Source: a bacterium
GTDB lineage: Bacteria > Fidelibacterota > Marinisomatia > Marinisomatales > UBA1611
DNA length: 22,561 bases
Reading direction: 5' to 3'
Assembly: GCA_038127595.1 (NCBI GenBank)
Contig: JAYPIC010000011.1
Location: forward strand, 20,120-42,680
Shown here: positions 18,148 through 22,561 of the stretch, in pieces
How the letters are laid out: each line of letters starts with the position of its first letter
How positions within the stretch are numbered: the first letter of the stretch is position 1
Translations under genes and position numbers: made by a program
The notes under the pieces: model-generated
Database searches by the model: none
What the model was told of the DNA's origin: nothing
The model's input: only the letters and a program-made list of their open reading frames with translations

Positions 18148-21100
18148 TTAAGCAACAGCATCATCTGCGCTGTCCAACGATCCCTCTTCTTTATCGACGC
18201 CGACAAGTATGTCAGAAATAGTTGGTGTACCAGTGCCGGCTGGAATCAACCTACCTACTGCGACATTTTCCTTAAGACCATAGAGATAATCAGTTTTTCC
18301 TGCTGTAGCAGCATCTGTTAAGACACGAGTAGTTTCTTGAAATGATGCAGCGCTGATAAAGCTTTCAGTATTGAGAGAAGCTCTGGTAATACCCATTAAG
18401 ATTGGTTCGAATGTTGCAGGAATTGTTTTTCTATATTTCGCAGTTTCTTTTCCTTCTGCTTTAACTTCCTTATTTATCTCGCTTAATTCAGATTTTTCTA
18501 TCATCATATTTTCATCAAGACCTGAGTCTCCAGGCACGGTAACCACAACCATTTTAGCAAGTCTTTCATTTTCAATAAGAAAATCATTTTTGCTAACTCT
18601 ATCTTCTTGCAAAAACCTCGAGTCACCAACTTCTTTCACACTTACTTTTTGCATCATTTGATTAACAATGATTTCAATATGCTTATCATTAATTTTTACA
18701 CCTTGCAAACGGTATACCTCTTGAATTTCATTAACCAAATATTCTCTAACAGCAGACGGACCAAGGACTCTTAGAATATCATCCGGTGATATTGCACCCT
18801 CGCAAAGCGAAGCACCAGCTGTAATAAAATCACCTTCGTGCACGATAACGTGTTTACCATATGGTATGGAATATTTTCTTTCATCACCATCTTTCCCAAT
18901 TACATGAATCTTCCTAATCCCCCTTCTAGTCTCACCAAATTTGACAGTTCCATTTATTTCTGTCATAACGGCAGGATTTGTTGGCTTTCTCGATTCAAAT
19001 AACTCTGCAACTCGTGGAAGACCACCAGTAATATCCCTAGACTTACCGACATCCTTTGGTATTTTGACAAGAGTTTGCCCCCTATTGACTTCCTCTTTGT
19101 CATTAACTACTAAAGTAGCTTTTACAGGTAATATTGTACTTCCAGCTACGATCTCACCCTTTTTATCAACAATTTCAAGATGAGGACTAAGCTTTCTATC
19201 TCTAGATTCAATAACAACAATTTGTTTTTTACCAGTTTCTACAGATTCAACGGAGAAAGTTTCCCCCTCAACGAAATCTTTTAGTTTTACAATACCCGTT
19301 TCTCTAGCAAGAATTATGTCGGTATACGGATCCCATTGAAATAGCGTAGTTTTTGCTTTGACTTTCTCACCTTGCTCTACAAGCATTGTAGCACCGTAAG
19401 GAACATTAAAAACAGTATCCGATGAATCACCTTGTTGAGTAATTGTTAACTTAGCATGCCTCACCATGCATCTACGGACTTCCATACCAACTTCATCTTT
19501 AGTAACTGCAAAATCATAATTATCGGAGAATTCAACAACACCAGCACGTTTATTTTTCATCTCAGACTGCTCAATAACTCTACTTGCAGTACCCCCAATG
19601 TGAAATGTTCGCAAAGTAAGCTGCGTACCAGGCTCACCAATGCTTTGAGCAGCTCTAATACCTACCGATGTTCCAATATCTACTAATTTATGCAAGGATA
19701 AATCCCAACCATAACATTTAGCACATATTCCTCTCTTAGTGTCGCAAGTTAAAACAGACCTAATATGGACACTCTCTATACCACTATCTGCAATTAATTC
19801 AGCTTCTTTTTCCGATATTACAGAACCTGATTTTACAACGACTTCACCTCTATCGATAAAATCATCTAAAATAGTCCTACCCAGTATTCTATCAGCAAGT
19901 GGCTCTATAATTTCTTCACCCTCTTTCAAGTCGGAAATCAAGATACCATTTATCGTACCACAGTCGTGCTCATAAACAACAACATCTTGAGCAACATCTA
20001 CCAGTCTTCGGGTTAAATAACCAGCATCAGCAGTTTTTAATGCTGTATCAGCCAAGCCTTTTCTTGCACCATGCGTAGATATGAAATATTCAAAAACAGA
20101 CAGCCCTTCTTTAAAATTTGAGGTAATTGGCGACTCAATAATTTCACCAACGCCACCTTTCATAGATTTTTGAGGCTTAGCCATAAGTCCACGCATACCT
20201 GCTAACTGCTTTATCTGATCTTTACTACCTCTGGCGCCTGAATCAGTCATCATAGATAGGGCATTGAAACCGTTATTATCTTTCCTTAGCTCATTCTCCA
20301 TTACTTGAGCAATGTGATTTGTAGTATGTGTCCAAACATCAATTACTTTATTGTATCTCTCACCTTCAGTTAAAACATGTCTGTCAAATTTACTCTTTAT
20401 ATCACCTACCTTATCAAAAGCACTTGAAAGAATGCTATTTTTTTCCTGAGGAATCAACACATCACTTACAGATATTGACAAACCACTGGATGTTGCCATT
20501 TTAAACCCTAAATCCTTAAGGGCATCTAGAAAAATTACAGTTTTGTAATTTCCAACAACCAAATAACATTGATTCACTATACTAGTTAGCAGTTTCTTAT
20601 CAATCAAACCATCAACATAATCCATCTCTGCGGGTAGTATTGAATTGAAAATTGCCCTGCCTACGGTAGTATCCTTAATCCAGCTATCTTTATGTTTCAA
20701 GTTTATCTTTGCATGAAGACCAACTACCCTATTTTCATAGGCTATAACAACTTCATCAATGGAGCCAAAAATTTTACCTTCGCCCAAATCGCTATTTTTA
20801 ACTTTCGTTAAATAATAAGCTCCAAGAATCATGTCTTGCGATGGCACAGCGATTGGCTGACCATTAGCTGGGTGTAAAATATTATGACTAGCCAACATTA
20901 ACATCCTAGCTTCCATTTGAGCTTCCAATGATAAAGGCACATGAACAGCCATTTGATCTCCATCAAAGTCAGCATTAAAGGCAGAACAAACTAGTGGGTG
21001 CAGCTGTATAGCTTTGCCCTCTACCAAAACTGGCTGAAAAGCTTGTATACCAAGCCTATGAAGTGTTGGAGCCCGATTTAGCATAACAGGGTGATCCTTA

Positions 21101-22392
21101 ACAACATACTCAAGAACCTTATAAACAACCGGCTCAGTGTTTTCAATCATTAATTTTGCACTCCTCGGCGTCTGAGTATAACCTCTGGTCATTAATTCAC
21201 GAATCATGTGAGGCTTAAAAAGCTCCAAAGCCATATTTTTTGGTAATCCACACTCTTGTAATTTTAATTGAGGACCAACTACGATAACGGACCTTCCAGA
21301 ATAGTCAACTCTTTTACCCAATAAATTCTGCCTGAAGCGACCAGTCTTTCCTCTTAGCATATCGGAGAGGGATTTTAAAGGCCTACGAGAACCACTTCTA
21401 ATAGCGGTTTTCCTACGACTATTATCAAACAATGCATCAACAGACTCCTGCAACATTCTCTTTTCATTTCTTAGGATAACATCCGGCGCTTTAATTTCCA
21501 TTAACTGCTTAAGTCTATTATTTCTAATAATTATCCTTCTGTACAGATCATTTAGATCGCTAGCAGCAAACCTGCCACCCTCTAATGGAACTAGAGGCCT
21601 AAGCTCTGGTGGAATAACAGGCAAAATTGATACTATCATCCACTCGGGCTTGTTCAAACGTTTTTTTGTGGGATCTGGAACAAAAGAATAAGCGACCTTT
21701 AGCCTCTTTAAAGCATCAGTTCTTTTTTGTTTGGATTTTGATGTTTTGACTACATCTTCAAGCTCTTTTTTAAGCTCCATTATATTGATACGAGATAACA
21801 TCTCCTTTATCGCCTCACCGCCCATGGCAGCATAAAAATAATCTTCATTATCTCTGCGCTCATCATCTACAGCTGAAAAACCGTATTTTTCTTCTAATTC
21901 TATATATTCATCTTCCTCAATTAAATCGAAAGGCTTTAAACCACTATCAGATGGTTCTAAAACCATATACATTTCATAGTATATAACCCTCTCAAGCTCT
22001 TTAGTACTTCTACCAGCAAGATAACTCAACTTGCTTGGTATGGACCTTAGGTACCAAATATGAACAATTGGAACAGCTAAGGTAATATGACCCATTCTTT
22101 CTCTTCTAACTTTTTTTCTAGTAACCTCCACGCCACAGCGATCACAAATAATACCTCTATATCTTATACCTTTGTATTTACCGCAGTGACATTCATAATC
22201 TTTTACAGGTCCAAATATTTTTTCACAAAAAAGACCATCCTTTTCTGGTTTGTAAGATCTATAATTTATTGTTTCGGGCTTCAAAATTTCACCATACGAT
22301 TTCGCAATAATCGACTCTGGAGACGCAAGACCTATAGTAATGGAATTGTAAGATTTGGAAGTATCTAAGTTATTTGATTGTATGTATGTCAA
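18148..22392 (-). CDS. rpoC: DNA-directed RNA polymerase subunit beta' (TTG start)
   Basis: Catalytic NADFDGD (20956-20976), N-terminal Zn ribbon C.CGKY...[16 protein letters not shown], and trigger loop TQLTLRTFH...[16 protein letters not shown]. Confidence 0.99.
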   Translation of the reverse strand: MTYIQSNNLDTSKSYNSITIGLASPESIIAKSYGEILKPETINYRSYKPEKDGLFCEKIFGPVKDYECHCGKYKGIRYRGIICDRCGVEVTRKKVRRERMGHITLAVPIVHIWYLRSIPSKLSYLAGRSTKELERVIYYEMYMVLEPSDSGLKPFDLIEEDEYIELEEKYGFSAVDDERRDNEDYFYAAMGGEAIKEMLSRINIMELKKELEDVVKTSKSKQKRTDALKRLKVAYSFVPDPTKKRLNKPEWMIVSILPVIPPELRPLVPLEGGRFAASDLNDLYRRIIIRNNRLKQLMEIKAPDVILRNEKRMLQESVDALFDNSRRKTAIRSGSRRPLKSLSDMLRGKTGRFRQNLLGKRVDYSGRSVIVVGPQLKLQECGLPKNMALELFKPHMIRELMTRGYTQTPRSAKLMIENTEPVVYKVLEYVVKDHPVMLNRAPTLHRLGIQAFQPVLVEGKAIQLHPLVCSAFNADFDGDQMAVHVPLSLEAQMEARMLMLASHNILHPANGQPIAVPSQDMILGAYYLTKVKNSDLGEGKIFGSIDEVVIAYENRVVGLHAKINLKHKDSWIKDTTVGRAIFNSILPAEMDYVDGLIDKKLLTSIVNQCYLVVGNYKTVIFLDALKDLGFKMATSSGLSISVSDVLIPQEKNSILSSAFDKVGDIKSKFDRHVLTEGERYNKVIDVWTHTTNHIAQVMENELRKDNNGFNALSMMTDSGARGSKDQIKQLAGMRGLMAKPQKSMKGGVGEIIESPITSNFKEGLSVFEYFISTHGARKGLADTALKTADAGYLTRRLVDVAQDVVVYEHDCGTINGILISDLKEGEEIIEPLADRILGRTILDDFIDRGEVVVKSGSVISEKEAELIADSGIESVHIRSVLTCDTKRGICAKCYGWDLSLHKLVDIGTSVGIRAAQSIGEPGTQLTLRTFHIGGTASRVIEQSEMKNKRAGVVEFSDNYDFAVTKDEVGMEVRRCMVRHAKLTITQQGDSSDTVFNVPYGATMLVEQGEKVKAKTTLFQWDPYTDIILARETGIVKLKDFVEGETFSVESVETGKKQIVVIESRDRKLSPHLEIVDKKGEIVAGSTILPVKATLVVNDKEEVNRGQTLVKIPKDVGKSRDITGGLPRVAELFESRKPTNPAVMTEINGTVKFGETRRGIRKIHVIGKDGDERKYSIPYGKHVIVHEGDFITAGASLCEGAISPDDILRVLGPSAVREYLVNEIQEVYRLQGVKINDKHIEIIVNQMMQKVSVKEVGDSRFLQEDRVSKNDFLIENERLAKMVVVTVPGDSGLDENMMIEKSELSEINKEVKAEGKETAKYRKTIPATFEPILMGITRASLNTESFISAASFQETTRVLTDAATAGKTDYLYGLKENVAVGRLIPAGTGTPTISDILVGVDKEEGSLDSADDAVA

Positions 22393-22403
22393 TTTATTTC
22401 CTC

Positions 22404-22561
22404 TTAGTTGTCTAGTTCGACGTCAATGCAAAGACCCTGAAGCTCTTTAATCATGACATTAAATGATTCCGGTGCTGAGAAGTCAGGCATCTGCTCACCC
22501 CTAACGATTGAGTTGTAAACTTTTGACCTACCCTCGACATCATCTGATTTGACTGTTAAAA
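22404..22561 (-). CDS. rpoB: DNA-directed RNA polymerase subunit beta, 3' end (partial)
   Basis: Not in the ORF track. Manual translation gives [51 protein letters not shown], containing the conserved LTVKSDD and PESFNV motifs. Confidence 0.98.
   Translation of the reverse strand, partial: LTVKSDDVEGRSKVYNSIVRGEQMPDFSAPESFNVMIKELQGLCIDVELDN

Noticed and set aside
19036..19590. 185-aa insertion in the beta' trigger loop
   Set aside because: This is the well-known SI3/beta'i6 lineage insertion shared by many Gram-negative phyla, so it is not novel.
711..22368. The plus-strand ORFs of 62-117 aa (e.g. 10230-10565, 14321-14674, 18371-18661)
   Set aside because: They are antisense shadows of conserved genes with Ser/Ile/Phe/Leu-rich, motif-free translations, as expected from codon bias on the opposite strand.
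1..22561. A novel multi-gene system, mobile element, CRISPR array or RNA gene
   Set aside because: About 98.6% of the window is accounted for by recognisable housekeeping genes, and no gap exceeds 68 bp. I saw no repeat-spacer pattern, tRNA or integrase/transposase motif.

Overview
Core housekeeping locus from a low-GC bacterium, with every real gene on the minus strand. In transcription order it runs rpoB (3' end), rpoC, the str cluster (rpsL-rpsG-fusA-tuf), the S10 cluster, the spc cluster (secY-map-infA-rpmJ, no adk) and the alpha cluster (rpsM-rpsK-rpsD-rpoA-rplQ 5' end). Protein signatures suggest the FCB superphylum, plausibly a streamlined Marinisomatota/SAR406-like organism (inference only). 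The ORF track misses four genes or fragments that I read by hand: rpmD, rpmJ, the rpoB tail and the rplQ start. It also over-extends rpsM. I see no mobile element, CRISPR array, RNA gene or new multi-gene system. The points worth following up are two in-frame stops in rplQ at the window edge, extreme compaction (about 317 non-coding bp) with no room for the classical autoregulatory leaders, a long zinc-free S14, five TTG starts that all have a clear SD, and substitutions in normally conserved ribosome and RNAP motifs.
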